This document shows, piece after piece, positions 8,478-15,341 of a stretch of 20,000 nt of DNA. Position 1 is the first letter of the stretch, and each line of letters starts with the position of its first letter. The notes below the pieces were generated by a model that did not search any database, was not told the origin of the DNA, and worked only from the letters and a program-made list of their open reading frames with translations. The translations under genes were made by a program, and so were the position numbers. The DNA comes from an uncultured virus (IMG/VR IMGVR_UViG_3300027974_000033). Its lineage: Duplodnaviria > Heunggongvirae > Uroviricota > Caudoviricetes. The stretch lies in the IMG/VR virus record IMGVR_UViG_3300027974_000033. The stretch is one strand, 5' to 3'.

Positions 8478-8671
8478 TGAAATCGGAATTAGAGAGAGAT
8501 TTAGAAATCAAAGAAAGTTTTATTGATTTACTAAATGATGTTTATCCTACTGTAAAAATCGGTTACTCTACATTCACACCCGCCGAGATTTTGGAGTGTT
8601 GCGATCCTATCGCTTTTTCTATCGGACTAATTGAGCACCAAGATTATTTAGAAGAATTAGAAGAAGAATAA
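8477..8671 (+). CDS. Acidic hypothetical phage protein
   Basis: ORF track; TAATG-coupled. Confidence 0.75.
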   Translation: MKSELERDLEIKESFIDLLNDVYPTVKIGYSTFTPAEILECCDPIAFSIGLIEHQDYLEELEEE

Positions 8672-8695
8672 CGGCGTGTCGGCTTGACAATGTCA

Positions 8696-8729
8696 AGCTG
8701 GCCCGCAAAGGCACGGGGTCGGGCGTGTC
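8696..8729 (+). repeat. 34-bp exact GC-rich direct repeat, copy 1
   Basis: AGCTGGCCCGCAAAGGCACGGGGTCGGGCGTGTC, identical at 10268-10301. Confidence 0.9.
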
Positions 8730-8825
8730 GTTACGGGCTTTGCATAGAACCCCTAGAATTTTGTGATTTTTATCACATAGGTTGAGCGTCTCAGTATTTG
8801 GATTTACTGGCTAGTAATTATCTTA

Positions 8826-8847
8826 TGTCAGTGGGTTCGTGTATAAT
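8826..8847 (+). promoter_or_regulatory. PafBC/RecA-NDp-type promoter 3
   Basis: TGTCAG-tgggttcgtg-TATAAT; perfect CRP-like site 8762-8777. Confidence 0.8.
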
Positions 8848-8881
8848 GTCTACTATAACAACAACGAAAGAAGGTCAATTC

Positions 8882-9001
8882 ATGAACCTAGATGAATTCA
8901 AGGCGCATGTTATCGCCACCCGTCAAGCAAGCAAGGCAGAAGCCTTGTCAGTGCTATCTGCTACAATGTCAGTATCAACAACAACGAAAGAAGGAAAGTA
9001 A
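8882..9001 (+). CDS. Hypothetical protein (39 aa; start revised from 8798)
   Basis: AACGAAAGAAGG RBS before MNLDEFKAHV. Confidence 0.6.
   Translation: MNLDEFKAHVIATRQASKAEALSVLSATMSVSTTTKEGK
8946..8967 (+). promoter_or_regulatory. PafBC/RecA-NDp-type promoter 4 (intragenic)
   Basis: TGTCAG-tgctatctgc-TACAAT. Confidence 0.75.
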
Positions 9002-9195
9002 TGTCAGCAAATGTTTACAATGTAACCGATTTACTAATCGGAAAAACTTATCGCTCAAATTCCGTAACTGGAGAAATTATCTCAGCGGAAATTCACCCGC
9101 AAGCAATTTGGTATGAAGGCGCAGAAGCGTATCGTGTCCAAATTAGAAAAAATACTGGCGGTTATACTTATCGCAGTTTGGCGGTAAATAAATGA
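9001..9195 (+). CDS. Hypothetical phage protein
   Basis: ORF track; AACGAAAGAAGG RBS. Confidence 0.75.
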   Translation: MSANVYNVTDLLIGKTYRSNSVTGEIISAEIHPQAIWYEGAEAYRVQIRKNTGGYTYRSLAVNK

Positions 9196-9356
9196 ACACA
9201 ATGATTGACGAAAATGAATTTTATACAATTCACGAACCAACTTTTATGTGTTGTGATGAAAGCCAATTTCGTTATGTGTGTAAAGCACACGGCGAAAGTA
9301 TGGGTTGCTACTTTTGCGAATTTGACTACTCTAATGATTGCGAGGAACAACACTAA
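9192..9356 (+). CDS. Cys/His-rich small protein (54 aa)
   Basis: MNTMIDENEF..MCCDESQFRYVCKAHGESMGCYFCEF..; ATGA and TAATG overlaps. Confidence 0.65.
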   Translation: MNTMIDENEFYTIHEPTFMCCDESQFRYVCKAHGESMGCYFCEFDYSNDCEEQH

Positions 9357-9511
9357 TGGGATACATTGAAATTTTCCGAATGGATAACGAAGGTGCTGGC
9401 TGGGTAGATTTATCCGAAGCAACACCCGATGAATTATTCAACATTGAATTAGGTCTAGTCAATGAAGGTGCGTTTGACGGCTCTTTATTTATGAATGGGG
9501 AAAACGAATGA
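9356..9511 (+). CDS. Acidic hypothetical protein (51 aa)
   Basis: MGYIEIFRMDNEGAGWVDLSEATPDELF..; GAGGA RBS. Confidence 0.65.
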   Translation: MGYIEIFRMDNEGAGWVDLSEATPDELFNIELGLVNEGAFDGSLFMNGENE

Positions 9512-9636
9512 GCGAAATTGCTGGAATGTGGATTTGCTCTAATTGCGATACTCTCGCCATTGTGTCAGTGGAAACTGATACAATACTTGTAACACAATGT
9601 AAATGCGTAACTAACGAAAGGGAAACTAATGAATAA
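9508..9636 (+). CDS. Small CxxC/CxC protein (42 aa)
   Basis: MSEIAGMWICSNCDTLAIVSVETDTILVTQCKCVTNERETNE; ATGA overlap. Confidence 0.55.
   Translation: MSEIAGMWICSNCDTLAIVSVETDTILVTQCKCVTNERETNE
9563..9584 (+). promoter_or_regulatory. PafBC/RecA-NDp-type promoter 5 (intragenic)
   Basis: TGTCAG-tggaaactga-TACAAT. Confidence 0.75.
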
Positions 9637-9775
9637 ATACACTTTTGGCGTTTGGCTAGACATAGACGCAGAGGATGAAAATCAAGCGTTATCTTTATTT
9701 GATGAGGTTGTAAAGAAAAATCCTTTTGTTTCAGACTCTTATTGTTTTGAATGGAAAGAGGTTGCTAATGTATAA
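9629..9775 (+). CDS. Hypothetical protein (48 aa)
   Basis: AACGAAAGGG RBS; MNKYTFGVWLDIDAEDENQAL.. Confidence 0.65.
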   Translation: MNKYTFGVWLDIDAEDENQALSLFDEVVKKNPFVSDSYCFEWKEVANV

Positions 9776-9971
9776 AATAACTCTAGCCTATGACGGAAAT
9801 GCCCCACACTGGCAGGGCGATTACTATGATGAAATGGAAGCGTGGTCAGCGTTTTTCAAATTCACCGACTGGGGATTTGCTGATGAATTCTCAACTGTAA
9901 ATATTTACACTCCCGAATTGAAATGCTACACAAAAAACTTTTATCGTAGCGGAATGGTGGTAGCAAAATGA
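9768..9971 (+). CDS. Hypothetical phage protein (start revised from 9726)
   Basis: AGAGG RBS before MYKITLAYDG. Confidence 0.7.
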   Translation: MYKITLAYDGNAPHWQGDYYDEMEAWSAFFKFTDWGFADEFSTVNIYTPELKCYTKNFYRSGMVVAK

Positions 9972-10159
9972 TGACACGCAAAGACTATGTGGCAACGGCA
10001 GAAATTCTAAAGTTTGCTAGCGACAAAACGCACCCTGCTTTATTTTCTAAAATCGTAAATGATTTTGCTGAAATGTTTGCGAAAGATAATGAGCGATTTG
10101 ATGTAAAACGATTTCACGAAGCGAGTGGATACAATGTTCCTAAACTCACTTCAAGATAA
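9968..10159 (+). CDS. Hypothetical phage protein
   Basis: MMTRKDYVATAEIL...FAKDNERFDVKRF; ATGA overlap. Confidence 0.75.
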   Translation: MMTRKDYVATAEILKFASDKTHPALFSKIVNDFAEMFAKDNERFDVKRFHEASGYNVPKLTSR

Positions 10160-10265
10160 GGTAAAACGAATTCAGGAATTGCGTCGCAGTAATGCGGCGC
10201 AACCTGTTCGTAATAAAAAAAAATACACACGCAAGATCAAACATAAAAATAAACTTGACAATTAG
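10134..10265 (+). CDS. Very basic 43-aa peptide
   Basis: MFLNSLQDKVKRIQELRRSNAAQPVRNKKKYTRKIKHKNKLDN; not in the ORF track. Confidence 0.65.
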   Translation: MFLNSLQDKVKRIQELRRSNAAQPVRNKKKYTRKIKHKNKLDN

Positions 10266-10267
10266 CC

Positions 10268-10301
10268 AGCTGGCCCGCAAAGGCACGGGGTCGGGCGTGT
10301 C
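10268..10301 (+). repeat. 34-bp exact GC-rich direct repeat, copy 2
   Basis: Identical to 8696-8729. Confidence 0.9.
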
Positions 10302-10352
10302 TTTAAGGGTGTGATCAATATCACCCTGGAAATTTGGGCCAGGATTGGAATA

Positions 10353-10374
10353 TGTCGGTCCATTCTGCTATACT
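10353..10374 (+). promoter_or_regulatory. PafBC/RecA-NDp-type promoter 6
   Basis: TGTCGG-tccattctgc-TATACT; CRP-like site 10310-10325. Confidence 0.8.
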
Positions 10375-10401
10375 TGCCATTCAACCAACGATTGGGCTCC
10401 A

Positions 10402-11121
10402 ATGAAATTAAAACGTTCTAATGATAGAAAGGTGGCTAACCTTGTCACAAAAAATGGAAAGCAAGCCGCAATTGCGAACACGTTCGGATTACCTGCAGGA
10501 AAGAATTATTCATGCCCTGGTGCCACTAGTATTTGTGAGAGTGTTTGCTACGCAGGAAAACTTGAAAAACTATTCCCAGGAGTAAAAACTAACCTATTAC
10601 ACAATTGGGAATTACTTAAAGACGCCGATACCGATACAATGCTTATTCTATTAGATGAGATGATTGTTGAATTTATTGCTGATTGTGAAAAGAAAAGTGC
10701 TCCTAAATTATTCCGTATCCACTGGGACGGAGATTTCTTTAATGATACTTATACTTATGCCTGGAAAGTAATTATTGAAAATCATCCCGATGTTCAATTT
10801 TGGGTTTATACTCGTGTAAAGTCTGCAGCGCTTATTCTTAAGGATGTTGTTAATCTTTCACTATACTATTCTACCGATGATGAAAATAAAGAAATAGCAT
10901 TCGATTTAAAAACTAATTCTAAAATACGTCTTGCTTATCTAGGGAAGACATTCGCTGCAACCGAAGACACAATGAAAGAATTGACTGGCAAGCCTGGCGC
11001 TAAGTGCCCTGAGAATATGAAGAGTATTCCACTTATCTCTAGCAATGGGTCCGCCTGCGTTTCTTGTGGTCTCTGCGTTTATGGTAAAGCAGATATTAGA
11101 TTTTCTGCGAGTAAAAAATAA
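10402..11121 (+). CDS. Gene product 88 (GP88) family protein, Cys-rich (start revised from 10345)
   Basis: FGLPAGKNYSCPGATSICESVCYA, FRIHWDGDFF, FWVYTR and C-terminal CP..CVSCGLC. Confidence 0.8.
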   Translation: MKLKRSNDRKVANLVTKNGKQAAIANTFGLPAGKNYSCPGATSICESVCYAGKLEKLFPGVKTNLLHNWELLKDADTDTMLILLDEMIVEFIADCEKKSAPKLFRIHWDGDFFNDTYTYAWKVIIENHPDVQFWVYTRVKSAALILKDVVNLSLYYSTDDENKEIAFDLKTNSKIRLAYLGKTFAATEDTMKELTGKPGAKCPENMKSIPLISSNGSACVSCGLCVYGKADIRFSASKK

Positions 11122-11270
11122 TGTATGACATTCTTGGATCTTTGATCGGAATCATATTAATTTGTTTCTTGTGCTCACCAATTGTGCTAGCAATATATAT
11201 GTGGACGCATGCAGAATCAGATATTGATAATGACGGTAAAAAAGATTTGCCTAATCGTTGGGATAGGTAA
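11121..11270 (+). CDS. Small membrane protein (49 aa)
   Basis: MYDILGSLIGIILICFLCSPIVLAIYMW..DIDNDGKKD..; TAATG overlap. Confidence 0.6.
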   Translation: MYDILGSLIGIILICFLCSPIVLAIYMWTHAESDIDNDGKKDLPNRWDR

Positions 11271-11318
11271 TGGTGTGTCGAGTTGACAATTGTCAGCTCG
11301 GCCCCTATATGTAGGGGG

Positions 11319-11348
11319 TTATCCACAGGCTTACGATACTTATCCACA
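11319..11348 (+). promoter_or_regulatory. Pair of perfect DnaA boxes
   Basis: TTATCCACA at 11319-11327 and 11340-11348. Confidence 0.7.
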
Positions 11349-11408
11349 ACCCCTGGAATTGTGAGTATTATCACAAAAGCTGCGACACGCCGAGAATGGA
11401 TTAGGTAA

Positions 11409-11430
11409 TGTCAGTGGACTATGCTAAAAT
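11409..11430 (+). promoter_or_regulatory. PafBC/RecA-NDp-type promoter 7
   Basis: TGTCAG-tggactatgc-TAAAAT; perfect CRP-like site 11360-11375; CGACACGCCG 11383-11392. Confidence 0.8.
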
Positions 11431-11459
11431 ACTCTTATTCCAACAACGAAAGGTAAGTT

Positions 11460-11684
11460 ATGTCTAATCTAATGAAAGTTCCACACACAGTTGAGTTCGA
11501 GGCAGTTATTGACTTGGATAAAATTCCCGCTAATTTATTGCCTGCGCTAATTGCGCTTGATACTTATTCAGTTACAAAAATGTGTAAGGAAGCGACACTT
11601 CACGCACTTACTGAGTCTAATGTATTACAAACTGCTAATGAGTTCAACACTTGGGCTGAAGTAACTATAAAGGAGAATAACTAA
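11460..11684 (+). CDS. Hypothetical phage protein
   Basis: AACGAAAGG RBS; ORF track. Confidence 0.75.
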   Translation: MSNLMKVPHTVEFEAVIDLDKIPANLLPALIALDTYSVTKMCKEATLHALTESNVLQTANEFNTWAEVTIKENN

Positions 11685-11950
11685 TGGGATACACAACAGC
11701 AGTAAGTCTATCTGAAGAATTAGATTTAGAGGTTGCACTAGGTTATCACTTACAAGGTAATCATTACCCGCCCGTTCCACTTTCTATGGTAGAGCCTTGC
11801 ATCGAAGCAATTGACGCATACTATGAAGAAGATTTTGATCGAGCCATCGAAATGCCTGAAGGCGTATCGTATAAAGGTAAGACACACGCACCCGCTTGGG
11901 CTATCATTGAACAGCATCACTTAGAGGCGTGGCTGCCTGAAAGTGATTAG
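11684..11950 (+). CDS. Hypothetical phage protein
   Basis: HLQGNHYPPVP...IIEQHHLEAW; AAGGAG RBS; TAATG overlap. Confidence 0.8.
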   Translation: MGYTTAVSLSEELDLEVALGYHLQGNHYPPVPLSMVEPCIEAIDAYYEEDFDRAIEMPEGVSYKGKTHAPAWAIIEQHHLEAWLPESD

Positions 11951-11995
11951 CATCACACAATAACTTTCTCAAATACTGAGATAGGGCTAGACTAA

Positions 11996-12017
11996 TGTCA
12001 GACCCCAATGCTATAAT
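11996..12017 (+). promoter_or_regulatory. PafBC/RecA-NDp-type promoter 8
   Basis: TGTCAG-accccaatgc-TATAAT; AGTGA-N6-TCACA 11942-11957. Confidence 0.78.
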
Positions 12018-12046
12018 TACAACCCTAACAAAGAAAAGAGGCAAAA

Positions 12047-12229
12047 ATGACAATAGAAGGAAAACTCTATCAGGTTGGCGATTTATTCACCACCCTAAAG
12101 TCAAAAAAGACAGGTGTTATCAAAGAGATACACCCACAGGCATCTGGCTCGGTGCGTGTGCTACTGGAAATGCCAACGAGGGAAACTCGCTGGACTTCAG
12201 TATCCGCTAAGACACTACTAGGCGCATAG
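12047..12229 (+). CDS. Small hypothetical protein, possibly SH3/KOW-like
   Basis: YQVGDLF..KTGVIKEI..VRVLLE pattern; AGAGG RBS. Confidence 0.7.
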   Translation: MTIEGKLYQVGDLFTTLKSKKTGVIKEIHPQASGSVRVLLEMPTRETRWTSVSAKTLLGA

Positions 12230-12246
12230 TCTAAAGGCAGGGGGGT

Positions 12247-12268
12247 TGTCAGACCCCCCTGCTATACT
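12247..12268 (+). promoter_or_regulatory. PafBC/RecA-NDp-type promoter 9, embedded in a hairpin
   Basis: TGTCAG-acccccctgc-TATACT; GCAGGGGGG/CCCCCCTGC inverted repeat 12237-12262. Confidence 0.78.
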
Positions 12269-12303
12269 ATCCATAACAACAACCAACCAACGAAAGGTAT
12301 CAA

Positions 12304-12720
12304 ATGTCAAGACAAATCACAGTAAAGGTCGCAACGACCAAAGTAATCAAGGCACTAGAAGGCACTCTTGCTAAACTAGAAAAAGACTACGCATCAACAG
12401 GTGCTAACGAAGCAAAGTATCAAAAGGCAGTAGAAGCGTGGAAAAAGGAAATTGGTAAGTGGGCTATTGCTAATTTCTCAAAGGCTGAAAACCTACGCAC
12501 AAACTATCGCTCTTGGAACAACACTCTCAATGTTGATTTTGACATCATCACAAAAGAGGGAACTTTCCCTGCTGAACCTGAAAAGGATTTTGAGGTTATC
12601 CATCAGCACAGTTATCGTGAGATGAAAGAGGACATCACAAATGCTCTCACAATTCTCAAGATGACAGATGAGGAAACAGTAAATGCTTCTACAATGAAGC
12701 AAATTGCTAAGTATCTCTAA
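12304..12720 (+). CDS. Hypothetical phage protein
   Basis: 138-aa ORF; AACGAAAGG RBS. Confidence 0.85.
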   Translation: MSRQITVKVATTKVIKALEGTLAKLEKDYASTGANEAKYQKAVEAWKKEIGKWAIANFSKAENLRTNYRSWNNTLNVDFDIITKEGTFPAEPEKDFEVIHQHSYREMKEDITNALTILKMTDEETVNASTMKQIAKYL

Positions 12721-12729
12721 CTAATACAA

Positions 12730-12766
12730 CGACCTGAGTATGTCGCCAAACTGCTCTCCTTCGGGA
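12730..12766 (+). other. Predicted H-type RNA pseudoknot plus cUUCGg hairpin
   Basis: S1 CGAC/GTCG; S2 GAGTA/TGCTC; then TCC-TTCG-GGA. Confidence 0.55.
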
Positions 12767-12788
12767 AACTACTAACAAAGGTAATACA

Positions 12789-13049
12789 ATGGCAAATCGT
12801 TTTAGAGTTGAAATCTATGACGCAAATAAAGCAAATGACATCACGATTTATTCGGATCAAGGTGTTGATAAAGAATATCTAACTGAATTAGTATTCAGTA
12901 ACATCAGAAACTTTAGCGGAAAAATAAATGCTTATGTTTTTGATAACGTAAAGAAAAAGAAAACAACTGCTATGTTTCTTGATGAGAACACAGTTCAGTT
13001 TAATAAAAACTTAATTAACAATGCGACAAAGGTAGAGTTAGGGAGTTAA
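12789..13049 (+). CDS. Hypothetical phage protein
   Basis: ORF track; AAAGG RBS. Confidence 0.75.
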   Translation: MANRFRVEIYDANKANDITIYSDQGVDKEYLTELVFSNIRNFSGKINAYVFDNVKKKKTTAMFLDENTVQFNKNLINNATKVELGS

Positions 13050-13078
13050 TCCCTAGCTCCGCCCCCGCTTTTGAGGGG

Positions 13079-13110
13079 TTATCCACAACGTTACGACAAC
13101 CTGTGGAAAA
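13079..13110. promoter_or_regulatory. Inverted pair of DnaA boxes
   Basis: TTATCCACA 13079-13087; TGTGGAAAA 13102-13110 (1 mismatch). Confidence 0.65.
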
Positions 13111-13175
13111 CCCTGAAATTTTGTGAGATTACTCACACGCATCAAATCGGACAAATGACTAACTAATCTAGACAA

Positions 13176-13197
13176 TGTCAGTGCCACCTGTTATACT
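13176..13197 (+). promoter_or_regulatory. PafBC/RecA-NDp-type promoter 10
   Basis: TGTCAG-tgccacctgt-TATACT; perfect CRP-like site 13122-13137. Confidence 0.8.
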
Positions 13198-13228
13198 TAC
13201 AACTAATCAAACGAAAGGTAAAAAATAT

Positions 13229-14233
13229 ATGGCTCACAATCTAGAAATGGAAAATGGCGAAGTTGCTTTCGCTCTCCGTGGCGCACCTGCTTGGCACAAC
13301 CTAGCAAATCGCATCTTTACAAAAGATGAGGAAGTTACAACTAGTCTAATGCTTGAAGAAGCAAAATTGGCTAATTGGAATGTTCGTCTATCTCCAATCA
13401 CCGAACACATTCCAGAATCTTGGAATGATGTATCTACCGCATCTCTTGTCATTCGTGATAACCCATTCAACAAGGGTGTAGATGTTCTCGCAACTGTCGG
13501 CAAGCGTTACAAGCCTGTGCAGAATGAGGAACTATTCGCATTTGCTGATGCAATTCACGATGCCAATGCTGATTGCCGTTGGGAATCTGCTGGCTCATTG
13601 AAAAAGGGTAAAGTAGTTTTTGGAACTGTGGACATTCCACGCACAATGGTTCTTGACCCACAAGGCGCCAATGATGAAACTAAGTTATATCTAATCGTAT
13701 GGACATCACACGATGGTTCTGTTGCTGTTCAAGCAGCCGTTACACCTGTTCGTGTTGTATGCCAGAATACACTAAACCTTGCAATGAAGAATGCTAAGCA
13801 ATCTTTCAAGATTCGCCATACGCAATCTGTTGAAGGTCGCATTCAAGTTGCTCGTGAAACTCTTGGGCTTGCTCTTGGATACTTTGATGAATTTGAAGTT
13901 CAAGCGAAAGCGCTTTACTCACAAGCAATCACCGATGCTGAATTCTCTAAATTGATTCAGACAATCTATCCTAAGCCTGAAAAAGATGCTAAGGGTGCAA
14001 TCAAGAAATGGGAAAATAAGGTTGTTCTAATTGATGACCTTTATCATAACTCACCAACTAACGCTACAATCAAGGGAACTAAGTGGGGTGCGTTCAATGC
14101 ACTAACTGAGCGCCTTGATTATTATCGTTCAGGTCGTGGCAATGGCGAAACACTTATGGCGGGTGCATCAGGGTTTGACCCAGTTCTAACCGCAGAAAAA
14201 AATAAGTTGTATCGTATGGTTGCAACTTTCTAA
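13229..14233 (+). CDS. DUF932 / TIGR03299 phage-plasmid family protein (start revised from 13175)
   Basis: MAHNLE..PAWH, VGKRYKPVQN, ESAGSL, SHDGS, TPVRVVCQNTL, IRHT and GTKWGAFNALTE. Confidence 0.9.
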   Translation: MAHNLEMENGEVAFALRGAPAWHNLANRIFTKDEEVTTSLMLEEAKLANWNVRLSPITEHIPESWNDVSTASLVIRDNPFNKGVDVLATVGKRYKPVQNEELFAFADAIHDANADCRWESAGSLKKGKVVFGTVDIPRTMVLDPQGANDETKLYLIVWTSHDGSVAVQAAVTPVRVVCQNTLNLAMKNAKQSFKIRHTQSVEGRIQVARETLGLALGYFDEFEVQAKALYSQAITDAEFSKLIQTIYPKPEKDAKGAIKKWENKVVLIDDLYHNSPTNATIKGTKWGAFNALTERLDYYRSGRGNGETLMAGASGFDPVLTAEKNKLYRMVATF

Positions 14234-14246
14234 AAAAAATAAATAA

Positions 14247-14274
14247 AAATCCTGAGCAAGATTTAAAACTGCTC
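14247..14274 (+). other. Predicted H-type RNA pseudoknot, second copy
   Basis: S1 AAATC/GATTT; S2 GAGCA/TGCTC. Confidence 0.55.
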
Positions 14275-14287
14275 ACATTTTTTATTT

Positions 14288-14361
14288 GGTCTGTTAGCTC
14301 AGTTGGTTAGAGCGCTACCCTGTCACGGTAGAGGTCGACGGTTCAAGTCCGTTACAGATCG
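14288..14361 (+). tRNA. tRNA-Asp, anticodon GUC; CCA not encoded
   Basis: GGTCTGT/ACAGATC acceptor, GCTC/GAGC D arm, CTACC-CTGTCAC-GGTAG anticodon arm, GACGG-TTCAAGT-CCGTT T arm, discriminator G. Confidence 0.95.
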
Positions 14362-14436
14362 CAAAGCGCCCGCAATAGTAAGGGACCCAAAACTGTGTTA
14401 CGAGTCACAAAACAATTCCCTGGAATCTATTGTATA

Positions 14437-14458
14437 TGTCAGTGGGCCCTGGTACAAT
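14437..14458 (+). promoter_or_regulatory. PafBC/RecA-NDp-type promoter 11 (predicted leaderless transcript)
   Basis: TGTCAG-tgggccctgg-TACAAT, ending 6 nt before ATG 14465; CRP-like site 14394-14409. Confidence 0.8.
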
Positions 14459-14464
14459 TCTCTC

Positions 14465-15130
14465 ATGACCAACGAACTAGTATCAAGTAAGTATACATTT
14501 GTCTGCGACCCAAATGAATGTGATTGCTTAATTGAATTAACATCATCTGATGGATTTGGATTCCCATCAGGTGTGACAGAACTCACCTGCCCATGTGGTC
14601 GCAAGACTACCTTGGTGTCAGTGGAGCATGCTACAATTGCACCTTCAACCCAAACGAAAGAGGAAAAAATGGAAGAGACAACAACACCTGCAGTAACAGT
14701 TCCTGATACATATAATTCTAACCTATTAGTTACATACAAAGTAATCCGTGGTTATTCAGATGCAGAATATGCAACTGATAAAGTTGCTAGCATTGAATGG
14801 GACCTGCACAATGGGCGCCAATCACAGAAGCGTGTAACTACTCTGCTATCTCAGATTGATGCAGTCAAAGAAATTATCTGTGAGGCATATGCTGATTCAG
14901 GTGACCAAGATACACTTCGTGCAATTGCTGAAGCGCTTTCAATTGAACTTATCAAAGAAGTTGAATTTACCGCATCTATTGAAGTTACTGGAACATATTC
15001 ATATAACATTCTTGAGAATGACTATGACTTAGACCTTGAGTCAGAAGTTACAGATGCTCTTTATGCCGATTCAAACAATGGCAACATTGAAATTGGCGAC
15101 ACCGAAGTATGTAATGTGCGTGAGTGCTAA
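14465..15130 (+). CDS. Acidic hypothetical protein with Cys-rich N-terminus; probable second in-frame start at 14669
   Basis: The track start at 14303 lies inside tRNA-Asp; MTNELVSSKYTFVCDPNECDC..CPCG; internal RBS AACGAAAGAGG before MEETT. Confidence 0.75.
   Translation: MTNELVSSKYTFVCDPNECDCLIELTSSDGFGFPSGVTELTCPCGRKTTLVSVEHATIAPSTQTKEEKMEETTTPAVTVPDTYNSNLLVTYKVIRGYSDAEYATDKVASIEWDLHNGRQSQKRVTTLLSQIDAVKEIICEAYADSGDQDTLRAIAEALSIELIKEVEFTASIEVTGTYSYNILENDYDLDLESEVTDALYADSNNGNIEIGDTEVCNVREC
14616..14637 (+). promoter_or_regulatory. PafBC/RecA-NDp-type promoter 12 (intragenic)
   Basis: TGTCAG-tggagcatgc-TACAAT. Confidence 0.75.
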
Positions 15131-15333
15131 TGTATTTTGAATTAACTGCTCCCGATAGGCTATCTCTTGAGATGGCTTATTGGGATGCACAAATTATGGG
15201 ACTTGACCCTGAGTTTATGCCACCGTTGACTTTCAATGTTGGAACTGGTAGTATTGAGAAAGTAAGTCGCATTCGTGATAAGTATAATTTAAAAGAATCA
15301 TACTGGTCAGACAAAGAAGCGACAGGATACTAG
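15130..15333 (+). CDS. Hypothetical phage protein
   Basis: TAATG overlap; MYFELTAPDRL. Confidence 0.7.
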   Translation: MYFELTAPDRLSLEMAYWDAQIMGLDPEFMPPLTFNVGTGSIEKVSRIRDKYNLKESYWSDKEATGY

Positions 15334-15341
15334 GAGATAAA

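Noticed and set aside
9002..9021. TGTCAG-N8-TACAAT at 9002, and minus-strand N9 near-matches at 3487-3507 and 7531-7551
   Set aside because: The spacer differs from the invariant 10 nt, so they were not counted as PafBC-type promoters.
8798..13228. Track starts at 8798, 10345 and 13175, and the ORFs 8892-9116 and 11995-12210
   Set aside because: They start in or run through promoter elements (ATGTCAG supplies a spurious ATG) or overlap better-supported genes with clear RBSs.
14303..14464. N-terminal extension of the 275-aa ORF
   Set aside because: Overlaps tRNA-Asp and the promoter module; the real start is 14465 or 14669.
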